DNA from: an uncultured Actinomycetes bacterium
GTDB taxonomy: Bacteria; Actinomycetota; Humimicrobiia; Humimicrobiales; Humimicrobiaceae
Direction: 5' to 3'
Assembly: GCA_963847665.1 (NCBI GenBank)
Contig: CAWKAO010000001.1
Span: 120,131-184,130, forward strand
DNA: 64,000 nt
Each line of letters begins with the position of its first letter. Within the stretch, counting starts at the first letter, position 1. Below the pieces are notes generated by a model, which made no database searches, was not told where the DNA came from, and saw only the letters and a list, made by a program, of their open reading frames with translations. This document shows, piece by piece, positions 36,617-47,814 of this stretch. Made by a program: the position numbers and the translations under genes.

Positions 36617-38113
36617 TTAAGCAGACACAGCCCTAAAATGAATACCTGCTATAGAATATCCTATGACATATGGAAATAACCCGGGGTTTTTGATGAGGGC
36701 CCAGAATATAAGCTTCCAGAAATATCTTCTTCCTTTGTTTTTTATTCCCAGAAGCCATAATGAACCGAAAAGTGCTCTGACATGGAACATCTTGAGCCTT
36801 TGAGCTCTTTTTTTAGGTGGTTTGAATTCTTTAAGAAAAGTCTTTATTCTTTCGTAGTAAGCTTTTGGTGCGTAGATAGTATCTAATATTTTCTTATATC
36901 CACTTGAAAGTACTTTTATATCCATTTTCGGTATAAAGTTCAGAGCAGAAAGCATGGTATTGTTTGCTGGAGATTGATTTGTTATCCTTTTTGTTTCGGA
37001 GAGGCGCTGGTAAAGCCTTGTCTTGGGCAAGGCAGTGAGCATCCCGACCATAGCAGTTATAATACCACTTTTCTGGATGAATTCTATCTGTCTCTGGAAT
37101 ATTGCCGGAGTATCGCTATCAAATCCTACAATAAAACCACCCTGTACCTCAAGACCAAAATTCTGTATTTTTTTGACAGACGACATAAGATCCCTGTTTT
37201 TATTATGGAATTTACCGCACTCTTCCAGGCTGTTTTCATCAGGAGTCTCTATACCTATAAATACAGTTGTAAAACCAGAGTCAGTCATCAATTTCATAAG
37301 TTCTGTATCGTCAGCCAGATTTATTGACACCTGTGTGTTGAAAGAAAAAGGATGCTTTTTGACCCTTTGCCATTCAATTATCGCAGGGAGTATCTCGTTT
37401 TTCAGTTTTTGTTTATTCCCTATCAGATTATCATCAACAAAAAATATACCTCCTCGCCATCCAAGGTCATATAGTGCGTCAAGTTCCGTGATTATCTGCT
37501 CTTTTGACTTTGTCCTCGGATTCCTTCCATTAAGTATCACGACATCACAAAACTCACAGTTAAACGGGCATCCTCTTGAATATTGTATGCACATAGAATG
37601 GTATTTATGAATATTTATAAGTCTCCAGTCAGGTACCGGAGTAAAGGAAACATCTGGAAATTCTTCTGATCTGTAAAACTTTTTTATTGAGTCATTTTCA
37701 ATATCTGTTATAAATCCTGAAAAAGTATTCTCTGCTTCTCCAAGGAAGAAATGGTCCACTTCAGGGAACTCTTCGCTGCTTGTTGTAAACAGGGGACCCC
37801 CTGCAACTATCTTTTTATTGAATTTTTTTATTCTTTCTATGACTTTTTTTGCTGATTCTTTCTGTACTATCATCCCGCTTATAAAGACTATATCAGCCCA
37901 TTGGATATTAGTATCGCTCAAATTTTCTACATTTAGATCTATCAGTTTTTTATTCCAGCTGGCAGGCAGCATGCTTGAAATAGTAAGAAGACCCAGGGGA
38001 GGAAAAGATGCTTTTTCTCCGAGTATCTTTAAAATATTTTCAAAGCTCCAAAAAGTCTTTGAATATCCTGGATATATCATAAGTATATTTTTATCTCTAT
38101 TGTCTTTGTCCAC
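36617..38113 (-). CDS. B12-binding radical SAM protein (DUF4070 type)
   Basis: PPLGLLT B12 domain, SRGCPFNCEFC, FVDDNLIGN, GFIVGFDSD. Confidence 0.9.
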   Translation of the reverse strand: MDKDNRDKNILMIYPGYSKTFWSFENILKILGEKASFPPLGLLTISSMLPASWNKKLIDLNVENLSDTNIQWADIVFISGMIVQKESAKKVIERIKKFNKKIVAGGPLFTTSSEEFPEVDHFFLGEAENTFSGFITDIENDSIKKFYRSEEFPDVSFTPVPDWRLINIHKYHSMCIQYSRGCPFNCEFCDVVILNGRNPRTKSKEQIITELDALYDLGWRGGIFFVDDNLIGNKQKLKNEILPAIIEWQRVKKHPFSFNTQVSINLADDTELMKLMTDSGFTTVFIGIETPDENSLEECGKFHNKNRDLMSSVKKIQNFGLEVQGGFIVGFDSDTPAIFQRQIEFIQKSGIITAMVGMLTALPKTRLYQRLSETKRITNQSPANNTMLSALNFIPKMDIKVLSSGYKKILDTIYAPKAYYERIKTFLKEFKPPKKRAQRLKMFHVRALFGSLWLLGIKNKGRRYFWKLIFWALIKNPGLFPYVIGYSIAGIHFRAVSA

Positions 38114-38316
38114 TAAAAATCAACTCCGTATTAATTTTTTAACAAATCTGGCAAAATTTTAATGATTATTTCAGAATAGCAGGTCAAAGTAAAGAATTAC
38201 GCAACCTCTGCTATATAAAATTACTGTAAATTTTGCACGTGTTGAGTATAAGACGCTTGAGAACAAAAAAAGTTACTGATTTATAAAATAAAAAAGATTA
38301 AATACAATTATGGCGA

Positions 38317-38817
38317 CTAGCTTTCAGAACTTTTTTGCTGCAGGGTTATAAGCTCATCTAATTTTTTCTTGATATCCTCGATGTCTTCCTGTGTCGGGAC
38401 ATTTAATTTGCGCATGACTGATTCCATTTTTTCCTCATAAGACATGCTGGAGACGATTTTGGATTTTGCTTTTTTGCTTTTAGCCATTATTTCTTTTACG
38501 GCGCTATTGACCTTTTTTTCCATCTCTGTACTGAGAGCTTTTGCTTTTTCAGCGATGTCCTTTACAAGTACATCCTGCTTTTCTTTTAGGGGCCTGCCCT
38601 TTTCGGCCAGTACTTCTATCTTTTCTTTTACAACGACCTCTACCTTATTTGTGTTCTCTTTTGCTTTTTCCACAAGAGTATTTATAAATTCCTGTTGTTT
38701 TTCTTTTGCGAGTGTACCTTTTTTAATAAGTTCCCTTGCAAATTTTTCAGCTTTCTCATAAGAGATAGCAATAATACCAAGACTGGCAAGATAAGTCTTT
38801 TTTATGGTACTTGTCAT
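38317..38817 (-). CDS. Phasin-like (PHA granule-associated) coiled-coil protein
   Basis: LASLG......EKAEK...ELIKKG and LNVPTQEDI..I..KLDEL. Confidence 0.7.
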   Translation of the reverse strand: MTSTIKKTYLASLGIIAISYEKAEKFARELIKKGTLAKEKQQEFINTLVEKAKENTNKVEVVVKEKIEVLAEKGRPLKEKQDVLVKDIAEKAKALSTEMEKKVNSAVKEIMAKSKKAKSKIVSSMSYEEKMESVMRKLNVPTQEDIEDIKKKLDELITLQQKSSES

Positions 38818-38818
38818 A

Positions 38819-41312
38819 TTATCCTCCTATAATTTTTTTCATTTTTTCTATTCTCTCAATACATTTTATCATATCTATACCTTTACCTATTACACCTTTC
38901 CATATATCTCCCAGTTTTTCAAGTCTTATAAATATATTTTTTATATTAAAATCCTCAGGTTCAAATTGTGTTTCAAGTTCTTCCCATAGAAGGGGGGTGG
39001 AGACCGGAGCACCTTCTTTAGGGCGCACACAGTATACAGCCGCGACAGTCTGGCCTATTCTGTTCTGGTAACAATCCAGATAGACTTTTTCGTGCCTTTT
39101 TTCAGGACTTCGATCGGTACTGGTTAAATCAGGCAACCGTATCCTGATAATTTCGGCGATCAATTTCATGAAATACAATGCCTGTTCGTAAGAGTATCTG
39201 GCAGCCAGCGGAAAATAGATATGTATGCCCTTTGAGCCGGAAGTCTTGCAGTATGCGTTGATCTTCAGTTCATTGATGACGTTTCTGGCTTCAATGGCTA
39301 CTTTGACGACATCTCTGAAGCTGACATCCAGGGGGTCGAGGTCCAGTATGGCAAAATCAGGATGTTCAAGACTGGATACCCTTGAACTCCATGGATGTAT
39401 ATCAATACAGCCAAGATTGACCATATACAGAAGGGAATTTATATCAGCTGCATACAAAATAATCTATATAATCCTTTTTAGACCCGGAATATATTCTTTT
39501 AGTGGCCTGGCCCTCCGGCAATGTATAATCCAGGTCCTTCTGGTAAAAACATTCTCCTGTTATACCGTCAGGGCACCTGTTCATCGATTGAAGCCTGTCT
39601 TTTATGTATGGAAGAATATACGGGGCGATCTTGCTATAATATTGGAAAAGATCACTTTTTGTATAACCTTCCTTTGGCCAGAAAACCTTTTTCGGGTGTT
39701 TTAATTCCACCTTGAATACGGGAAATATATTATTCGCATTTTCCCCTGCGGGATGTTCAGCAGCTGTATTATCCTGCTTGTTTTCTTTGGAGGATTTTTC
39801 CAGGATGACATCTTCAGCATTTTTATCATCTCTCATCCCCAGATAAACTGGTTGTCTCATGATCATATCCCGTGTCCATTCTGTAAATCTTACTTCTGCG
39901 ACTGTCAAAGGGGCCACCCAGATAGGAGCAGATGTAGTTTTTGGAACATGTGAGAATGGAGAGTTCAAGTTCTTTATTTTATTTAACCTTACATAGAGTT
40001 CTTCTGCTTCTTTCAGGTCAAAACCTGTTCCGACCTGGCCTGTAAAAGTAAGATCACCATCCATGTATACACCGGTTATCAGTGAACCGATTTTTTGTTT
40101 TTGTCCCTTTGCCATGGTAAATCCAGCCACAACCAGTTCCTGCCGCATACTTGTCTTTATCTTTAACCAATCCGCACTCCTGGTACCTGGAACATATATG
40201 CTGTTTTTCTTTTTAGCCATGATACCTTCGAGCTCGTTCATTTTTGAGATATTGAAGAAATCTACTCCCTTTTCTTCTATAAAGTCACTGAACCTGATAT
40301 CGGTATGGTCGAGTCCCTTGATCATTTTCTTAAGGATCTTTTTTCTTTCAGTTAGTCTTTCTTCCATGAGGTCTTTACCATCAAGTGCGAGAATATCAAA
40401 GGCATAAAAGACTATTTTGCCCCTCCCGGTTCTAAGGTAATTCTGAAGTCCCTGAAAATCAGACCTTCCATTCTGATCCAGTGCAACGATCTCCCCGTCG
40501 AGAATAGTATTGGCAGGGACACCTAAAAGCGAATCAGCTATCTGTGGAAATTTCTTATTCAGCAGCACACCGTTTCTTGAAAAAATGTAGGAAATGTTTT
40601 CTTTGGTCTGTGCTATTGCCCTGTAACCATCCCACTTTATCTCAAAGATCCAGTCTTTGTCATCAAAGGGTCTATCAGCAGTAGCAGCAAGCATTGGCTT
40701 TAAAGGGGAGGGTGTCAGATCTGTTTTTTTTACCTGTTTTTTTTTGATCAGTTCTTCAGGTATTTCATCATCAGTGAACTCTATGATATCACTGGCATAT
40801 TCATCATTCTTCTTTATCATCAACCAGTCTTTTTCTGAAGCTTTTTTAAATTTTACAAGTGCAAATTCACCCCTTAACTTCTGGCCCTCAAGAATAAATG
40901 TAATATGGCCCTTCTGAAGGCCGTCTCTTATCATTTTAGAGCTTTCTTCCCTGTCGTTTACACCGTATGCGTGGTATGTGCCGCTATCCCAGATATAGAC
41001 TTTACCTGCGCCATAATTTCCTTCAGGTATAATCCCTTCAAAATCCCTGTACTCAAATGGATGGTCCTCGACCATCACTGCAAGCCTTTTTTCTTTTGGA
41101 TCCAGCGAAGGACCTTTTGGGATAGCCCAGCTTTTAAGCACGCCATCAAGCTCTAACCTTAAGTCGTAATGCAGGTGGGATGCATAATGCTTCTGTATTA
41201 CAAAGACAAGTGACCCCAACCCCTTTTTTGTGTCCGGTTTTTTAACTTCCTCAATTACAGGTTCAGGGGTATTGGTAAAATCTCTTTTTTTCTTATATTT
41301 ATCAAGAGGCAT
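38819..41312 (-). CDS. ligD: DNA ligase D (phosphoesterase-ligase-polymerase), frameshifted near 39444-39452
   Basis: Y..KRDF..TPEP, QKHYASHLHYDLRLE, EIKWDGYR; the polymerase domain continues in a second frame (DLDP, KTSGSKGIH, YLDCYQN). Confidence 0.9.
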
Positions 41313-42093
41313 TCTTTTTCATCCTTGCTTCATCAAGGCTTTGCTTGAGTTTTGACATAAGGTCCACTATTTCTCCAGGTTTTTCCAGGACTTTTTCTTC
41401 AGTTGAACTTATCTTACCTGTTTTTATTTTTTCTTCGATCAGCAGCTTCAATTCCTTCGTATAATTATCCCTGAAATCAGCGGGATTAAAAGCGGCGCTT
41501 AATTGATCTATAAGCATAATAGCAGTCTCTACTTCTTTCTGTGACAGCTTGTTTTCAGGTGGGATATTTAGATCAGCAGTATCCCTTATCTCACTTTGAA
41601 ACCTTATCTTATTTAATATCAACAGATCTTTTTCAGCTTTTAGAATACCCAGATGCTCAAGATTATGCAGGACATAGCGGGAAACTCCCACCATACCTGA
41701 TTTTTTTAGTGCTTCCCGGAGCAGGCTGTAGACTTTTGCAGCACTTTTTCCGGGTTCGAGGTAGTAGGGCTGCTCAAAATATTTTGTCTCTATCTCACTT
41801 TCAGGGCAAAATTGGACTATTTCAATATTTTCGGTCCTTTTAGAGTAGGCTTTTTTAAAGTCCTCGTCATCAAGAGTTATAAAACTACCCTTTTTATATT
41901 CATAACTTTTTATGATCTTATCAAACGGGACCTCTTCCCCCGTTGACTTGCATACTCTCATATATTTTATTGGGCAGTTATCATCCTCTCTGACAAGGTG
42001 AAAATCAGGTTTTCTGTCTTCTGTAGCTTTAAACATCCTGACAGGTATAAGTATAAGGCCAAATGTGATTGCTCCTTCCCATAATGGTCTCAT
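41302..42093 (-). CDS. ku: Ku protein (NHEJ)
   Basis: MRPLWEGAITFGLILIPV, YFEQPYYLEP, VDLM..LKQSL; overlaps the ligD start. Confidence 0.95.
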   Translation of the reverse strand: MRPLWEGAITFGLILIPVRMFKATEDRKPDFHLVREDDNCPIKYMRVCKSTGEEVPFDKIIKSYEYKKGSFITLDDEDFKKAYSKRTENIEIVQFCPESEIETKYFEQPYYLEPGKSAAKVYSLLREALKKSGMVGVSRYVLHNLEHLGILKAEKDLLILNKIRFQSEIRDTADLNIPPENKLSQKEVETAIMLIDQLSAAFNPADFRDNYTKELKLLIEEKIKTGKISSTEEKVLEKPGEIVDLMSKLKQSLDEARMKKNAS

Positions 42094-42269
42094 AATATCT
42101 CCCAATTCTAAAAATCAAATTATATTTGAAATAATATCTATATCAGAAATAATTAGTAAAAATAGTATTAGTTATTTTATAATATTATTCACATAATAGT
42201 AACAAGGTATAATGTTTATAAAATTATTGACTCTAAACACTGGTTTTGATCCGGAAAGGAGAAAAAACT

Positions 42270-42704
42270 TTGAAGGAATTTAAACAATTTATTATGCGTG
42301 GAAGTGTAGTCGATCTTGCCGTGGGCATTATCATCGGAGTAGCATTCAGTGCTGTGATCAATTCTCTGGTCAAAGACATCTTAATGCCTCCAATAGGGCT
42401 TGCACTCGGAAAAGTCGATTTTGTAAATCTCTTTGCAGTATTAAAACAAGGAGTTCCTGCCGGGCCATATCTTTCACTTGAAGCAGCCCGATCGGCAGGT
42501 GCGGTGACACTTAACTATGGTGTTTTTGTAAATACTGTAATCAGTTTTATTATAATCGCGCTAGTCATCTTCCTTATTATCAAAGGCATAAATAGTCTAA
42601 AGAAAAAAGAAGAGGCAAAAGTCATAACTAAATCATGCCCTTACTGTTTTTCAGTAATAAATCTGGAAGCTACCAGATGTCCAAACTGTACATCAAAGCT
42701 TTAA
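42270..42704 (+). CDS. mscL: Large-conductance mechanosensitive channel with C-terminal zinc ribbon
   Basis: EFKQFIMRGSVVDLAVGIIIG; CPYC...RCPNCTS. Confidence 0.93.
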   Translation: MKEFKQFIMRGSVVDLAVGIIIGVAFSAVINSLVKDILMPPIGLALGKVDFVNLFAVLKQGVPAGPYLSLEAARSAGAVTLNYGVFVNTVISFIIIALVIFLIIKGINSLKKKEEAKVITKSCPYCFSVINLEATRCPNCTSKL

Positions 42705-42803
42705 ATATCAGGGCATAAAATAGGGATGTAAAGAAATTTAATAAAAAAATATGAAAAAAGGATCCAATATCCGGGGATATCAGGGATCTGAAGAAGGTTG
42801 TGA

Positions 42804-43358
42804 TTGCTGATGACGATATTTATTTCAGACAGGAAGAGAATATTAAAATGGGAGATGTTCGGAATACTTTTTATTGTCTTGCTCGGTTCGTTCCTACATT
42901 TTGCCTTTGAGCTTAGCGGCAGTATCAGGGCAGTTGCCCTGATAGGAGCTGTAAATGAAAGTGTCTGGGAACATCTAAAGATCGGTTTCTGGCCTGCATT
43001 TATCTGGGCGTTTATTGAATTCTTTGTCTTTGGAAAGAGGACTAAAAATTTTCTCTTTGCAAAAGGTCTTTCTTTTATGCTCATCGGACTTTTAATAACC
43101 GGTATTTATTATGGTTCAGTGGCTTTTGGGGTTGAAAGCCTTGTGCTCGATATAGGGAATTTTATTGTGTCTATCATAATAGCCCAGATAATTAGCTACA
43201 GGATAAACCTGGTCCAGAAGCATTATAAGGTGTTAAATGTAATAGGTATTTTTCTCATAATTATAAATATAGCAGTTTTCAGTCTTTTGACTTATTTTCC
43301 TCCACAATGTCCTCTTTTTAAAGATCCGGTCTCTGGAGGTTATGGGATAGTAGATTAG
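42804..43358 (+). CDS. DUF6512-like membrane protein
   Basis: GSFLHFAFE, VNESVWEHLK, TYFPP..PLFKDP..G.YGI. Confidence 0.75.
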   Translation: MLMTIFISDRKRILKWEMFGILFIVLLGSFLHFAFELSGSIRAVALIGAVNESVWEHLKIGFWPAFIWAFIEFFVFGKRTKNFLFAKGLSFMLIGLLITGIYYGSVAFGVESLVLDIGNFIVSIIIAQIISYRINLVQKHYKVLNVIGIFLIIINIAVFSLLTYFPPQCPLFKDPVSGGYGIVD

Positions 43359-44222
43359 ACTCCCACCTTTGTCCTATTCAGGAGTCTTATAAATTTTTTT
43401 ATCAAATCCGGGTCAAACTGTGTTCCTGCAGCTTTTTTAATTTCTTTTAATGCGCCTATTACAGGTATCGACTCCTTGTAGGGTTGGTCATGGGTCATGA
43501 CATCAAATGCATCGATTATTGATATTATCCTTGATTCAAAGGGGATCTCTTCTCCCTTTAAGCCCTGGGGATACCCGGAACCATCAAATTTTTCATGGTG
43601 CGAAAGGACAATCGGTGCGATTCGGGAAAGTTGAGTGGAAGACTCGCATATGCTGCAACCTATTTCCGGATGTCTTTTTAAAATATCCCATTCTCTTTCA
43701 GTGCGAGAATCTTTCTTTTCCAGAAGCTCATCAGATACTGCGATCTTACCTATATCATGCAGTGACGCAAGAAGTGAAAGGTTATCCAGTTTTTCCTGTT
43801 CAAGATACAGCACCCTGCCTATCTCAAGAGCAAGTTCCTGGACCCTCTGGGTATGTTTTTCGGTTTCAAAGTTCTTTTCAAAAAGGGCAGTGGTCAGGGA
43901 AGAAATGATAGAGCTTGAAAGACCTTTTTTCTCGATCAGTTTATTCTTGTACATGTTGTCCTCAGCTTCGCTTATTATACTATCGATCTCCTGTTTATAA
44001 GTCTCCTTGGAAGCAAAACCGAGGGCGACACTGATCGGGATTTTATATCTTGATGTCTTTTTACATGCTTCTTTTATCCTCCTGACTATTTGTTTTGCAT
44101 AATCTTTTGGTGTCAGTGGGAGCAGAACAGCATATTCATCCCCACCCCAGCGTGCTATTATGTCTTCCTTCCTGCAGAAACCCTGTATCGATTTAGCTAC
44201 ATTCTGAAGCAGTTTATCGCCT
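43355..44222 (-). pseudogene. 5'-truncated GGDEF + HD-GYP protein
   Basis: Upstream of ATG 43954 the frame stays open: GDKLLQNVAKSIQGFCRKEDIIARWGGDEYAVLLP; it begins abruptly just after the degV stop. The HD-GYP part (LHDIGK, HHEKFDGSGYP) is intact. Confidence 0.75.
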
Positions 44223-44235
44223 TATGGTGAGATCT

Positions 44236-45108
44236 TTATCGAGCAGGTATTGCGGCAAGGCCTATAACAGTGGGCCCTGAATGGGTACCTATGACAGGGG
44301 TTATTTCTGAAAAGATTATTTCTTCTATATCCAGATCTGGTATTTCTGATATCTGTTGCTTAATATTGAGTGCTGACTCCAGTTCATTTCCATAAAAAAT
44401 GCCGATCCTTATTTTACCTTTACCGGTAAAAGTATTTTTTAATTCATGGAGTATTATATTTACTGCGCCTTTTTTGGTCCTTGAGATCTTAAATACTTTT
44501 ACCTTGCCATCATCTGTAGAAAAAACAGGTTTTATTTTTAACATATAGTTCAATAGTTTTTTAAGGCCTGTAATCCGGCCTCCCTTCAAAAGATATTCGA
44601 AATTTTCTACAGTCGCCATAAACACTGCATTATCAATAAGGTACCTTATAAAGTCTTTTATTTTATCCGGTTCTATTTTATTCTCTGTTTCCAGTCTCTT
44701 TATTTCCATTGCTGCTCCTAGAACTATCAAACCAAGAGCCAGAGAGACTGTTTTAGAGTCGAATACTTCTATTACTTTATCAGGAAATCTTTGTCTCGCC
44801 AGATTTGCAGAATCGAAAGTGTTTGATAACTTTGCACTGAGATGTATGGAATAAATTATATCAGGGTTATCTTTTTCTATGATCGAAGAATAAAGAGCAA
44901 TAAAATCTTTCGGTGAGGGTGCAGACGTCTTTACATCTACATTGCTTTCAAGAAGCTTATAGATCCTGTCATTTGTGATATCGATCTTGTCACGATATTC
45001 TTTATTTTGTGAATGGATATAGAGAGGAGCAATACCAATATTATATTTATTCAACAGTTCCTCTGGAAGATCAGATGTACTATCCGTTACTATAAATATT
45101 TTTTTCAT
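44236..45108 (-). CDS. DegV family fatty acid-binding protein
   Basis: IVTDSTSDLP, TSAPS, SAKLS.T, L.KGGRI, IGTHSGP. Confidence 0.93.
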   Translation of the reverse strand: MKKIFIVTDSTSDLPEELLNKYNIGIAPLYIHSQNKEYRDKIDITNDRIYKLLESNVDVKTSAPSPKDFIALYSSIIEKDNPDIIYSIHLSAKLSNTFDSANLARQRFPDKVIEVFDSKTVSLALGLIVLGAAMEIKRLETENKIEPDKIKDFIRYLIDNAVFMATVENFEYLLKGGRITGLKKLLNYMLKIKPVFSTDDGKVKVFKISRTKKGAVNIILHELKNTFTGKGKIRIGIFYGNELESALNIKQQISEIPDLDIEEIIFSEITPVIGTHSGPTVIGLAAIPAR

Positions 45109-45439
45109 AACTAAGATCCTTCAAATATAATCTTCTAAGGTCTCAGTTTCTGTTTCTGCAGATTGATAAATAAGATCTTTGGTGCACCAAACAGTACTTT
45201 CTTTAATAGTCCAAGTGATCTTTGAAGCATCTGTTTTTTAAATAGGTTTTATTTAAAAATAGAAAATGATCTATGATATTATACCAGCACTCAAATGCTA
45301 TAACAACAAAAGTCTACCCACAAATCTTTTCTTACTGTTACTTAGGGATCTTATAACAGTTTATATTTAATGCAGGACTTTATTATTGATCAGTAAGCCT
45401 CTGCTTGATTTGCAACAAACAATACTGAAAGGAAAAACA

Positions 45440-45844
45440 ATGGCAAGCATAATAGAAATAGAAGGAATAGGCTCCGAATATAAGAAGAAGCTGGCAGTTG
45501 CCGGGATCAAAACCACGGAGGGGCTGCTTAAAAGAGGTGCAACACCTAAAGGCAGGAAAGAAATAGAAGAAAAAACAGGTATTGGCCACAAGCTTATACT
45601 TGAATGGGTAAATCTTTCAGATCTGTTCAGGGTCAAAGGAATAGGGGAGCAATACTCAGATCTGCTTGAAGAGGCAGGGGTAGATACTGTAGTAGAACTG
45701 TCAAACAGGAATGCTGAAAACCTTTACACAAAAGTCATTGAGATAAATAATTCGAAGAGACTTGTAAGAAAGCCACCAGCCCTGACAATGATAAAAGCCT
45801 GGATACAACAGGCAAAAAAACTTAATAGAGTTGTTCAGTATTAG
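45440..45844 (+). CDS. DUF4332 family protein (HhH-like)
   Basis: IEGIG, DLFRVKGIGEQYSDLLEEAGVDTVVEL; ATG 45440 after AAGGA. Confidence 0.85.
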   Translation: MASIIEIEGIGSEYKKKLAVAGIKTTEGLLKRGATPKGRKEIEEKTGIGHKLILEWVNLSDLFRVKGIGEQYSDLLEEAGVDTVVELSNRNAENLYTKVIEINNSKRLVRKPPALTMIKAWIQQAKKLNRVVQY

Positions 45845-45874
45845 AATATCAAAATCTAATAAGGGAGATAAACA

Positions 45875-46264
45875 ATGGGTTTAGAAGATGAAATGAAAGC
45901 ACGTATGGAAGGGGCAAAAAAAATCCAGCAGGAGATCATCTCAAAGCGAAGAGCAGCTCAGTCAGCAGCCAGACCCGGCTCCAGACCTGGTTCAATCATC
46001 ACACCAGGTGCAGCAAGTATTCATGGTAATGTAAATGGTCCTCTTTCAACTGCTGCAAGTTTTTCTAAAATCATTGCCGAATATACTGTCAAAAAGGGAG
46101 ACACACTAAGCCAGATCGCCAAGGACCATTATGGATCCGGAAGCCAACCCTACTGGAAATTGATCCAGGAAGCAAATAAAGATATTATCAAGGATGCAAA
46201 TCTTATTTATCCCGGGCAGGTTTTTAAGATACCGGTACTTCCTGAAGTATTAAAAAAGAAATAA
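45875..46264 (+). CDS. LysM domain protein
   Basis: YTVKKGDTLSQIAK..YG......I.EANK..I.DANLIYPGQVFKIP. Confidence 0.9.
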   Translation: MGLEDEMKARMEGAKKIQQEIISKRRAAQSAARPGSRPGSIITPGAASIHGNVNGPLSTAASFSKIIAEYTVKKGDTLSQIAKDHYGSGSQPYWKLIQEANKDIIKDANLIYPGQVFKIPVLPEVLKKK

Positions 46265-46313
46265 AAAGTTCTATAGTTATTTTCATTATTGTTACAATAA
46301 ACTTCAGAACAGT

Positions 46314-47588
46314 TCAGTTCTCCTGTTGAGGCATTTTTTCTATTGCTATTAGCCTCTCCATTATTGGCGGATGGGAGTAGATGATGTTTTTCAATAAAGA
46401 CCCTGGAGATACATTGGATAGATTGGTCACTGCGATATTCTGAAATATTTCAATCTGGGATTCTTTGTCTCCAGTCAATTCTATTGCTGTACTGTCTGCC
46501 TGTTTTTCAAACTGCCTGGATATAAGGTTTTGAAGAGGCATGCTTAAATAACTTATGAGGCTGAAAAGTATAAATAAAACGATTACAAGACGCACACTAT
46601 TTCCAAGGCCTGCAGTTGAAAGGAAAATGCTAAGAAAATAGGATATAAGTATCACACCTGCTGATCCGAAAAGTATACTCCACAGAATATGCCTGTACTT
46701 CCAGTGTCCTATTTCATGCGATATGACACTTAAGGTCTCATCTTCTGAGTGATTTTTTAACAGGTTGTCATATATGACTATTCTCTTTGTACTGCCGATT
46801 CCGGTAAAATAAGCATTTATCCTTGTAGTTTTATTGCTCGCATCTGCCACAAGTACCCTGTCTATCTCTATACCTGCTTTTTCAGTCAAAGCTTATGTAT
46901 CTTGTTGTTGAGACTCACGTTTTCCAGGGGTGTGAACTTATAGAAAAGAGGGTCTATTATAACCGGGAAAATAAAACTTGAGATTGCAATAAAAATAATA
47001 AAAATACCTGCAGTGATAGCCCACCAGTATTTGGATGTATATATCAAGCAAAATATAAATGAGAGTCAGTGCTGCAGTATTTATTACAAGTGAAATAGCC
47101 CTGTCTTTCAGTATGTCCAAAAACCAGGCGCTCAATGTCTGATTGGAAAGCCCAAAGTTATGATCTATTATAAAACCCCTGTAATACTGAAGAGGCAGTA
47201 GTATAAGAAACAATACGATATTAAAAACAGCAAATATCGCAACAGCTGTAAAAATAGGTATCCTGTTAATGAATAAGGAACTTCGCCAGAAGATCAATAA
47301 AACAGCACCAAAAAAAATCCAGGTCAGAAACCGTTCTGCTATTGATAATAACAAAACTGTTCTGTTGTATTGCGCAGATATTTCCAGGAAAGACCTTTCG
47401 AAATATTTATTTGCTGCATCATCCTGAGGCGGCTTTATCTGCATTGCGGCCACAAGCAAAATTATAAGCATTATTATACTTAACACAGCTATGGCTATAG
47501 AAACATTTATTGCCCATCCCGATCCAAACAAATGCATTTTTTTATCTTTTGTTTTTTTTAAATACTTTGAATCTTTTTTATTATACAT
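46314..47588 (-). pseudogene. M48 (Ste24-like) metalloprotease broken by two frameshifts
   Basis: FGLSNQT...W..D..K in the first ORF; YWWAI...FPVIIDPLFYKFTPLE in an intervening frame; NAYFTGIG..KRIV.YD.LL, HEIGHW, E..AD and SHPP in the last ORF. Confidence 0.8.
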
Positions 47589-47695
47589 CCTAATAGTTGA
47601 TTTTTTGTTTTTTATTCACCAAATCCTACTGATATATAATAACAGTACGCAGAAAAAAACTAAAAATAAGGTAAAAAATAATTATACATATATTA

Positions 47696-47724
47696 TTGAC
47701 AAATGATACTATTATAGTATCATT
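47696..47724 (+). promoter_or_regulatory. Promoter -35 overlapped by an 11-1-11 inverted repeat (candidate Rrf2 operator)
   Basis: TTGACA (47696-47701) followed by AATGATACTAT-T-ATAGTATCATT (47702-47724). Confidence 0.75.
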
Positions 47725-47814
47725 AAGAATATGTATGGATACGACCTGAAAAATAATAAGATCATTGATTCGGTTTGATCAAAAAAACTAATTCTGGTTG
47801 GAAGGAGGATAGAA

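Noticed and set aside
39440-39460. Programmed ribosomal frameshifting in ligD (and purM)
   Set aside because: No slippery sequence or stimulatory structure; several similar indels in the window point to sequence error.
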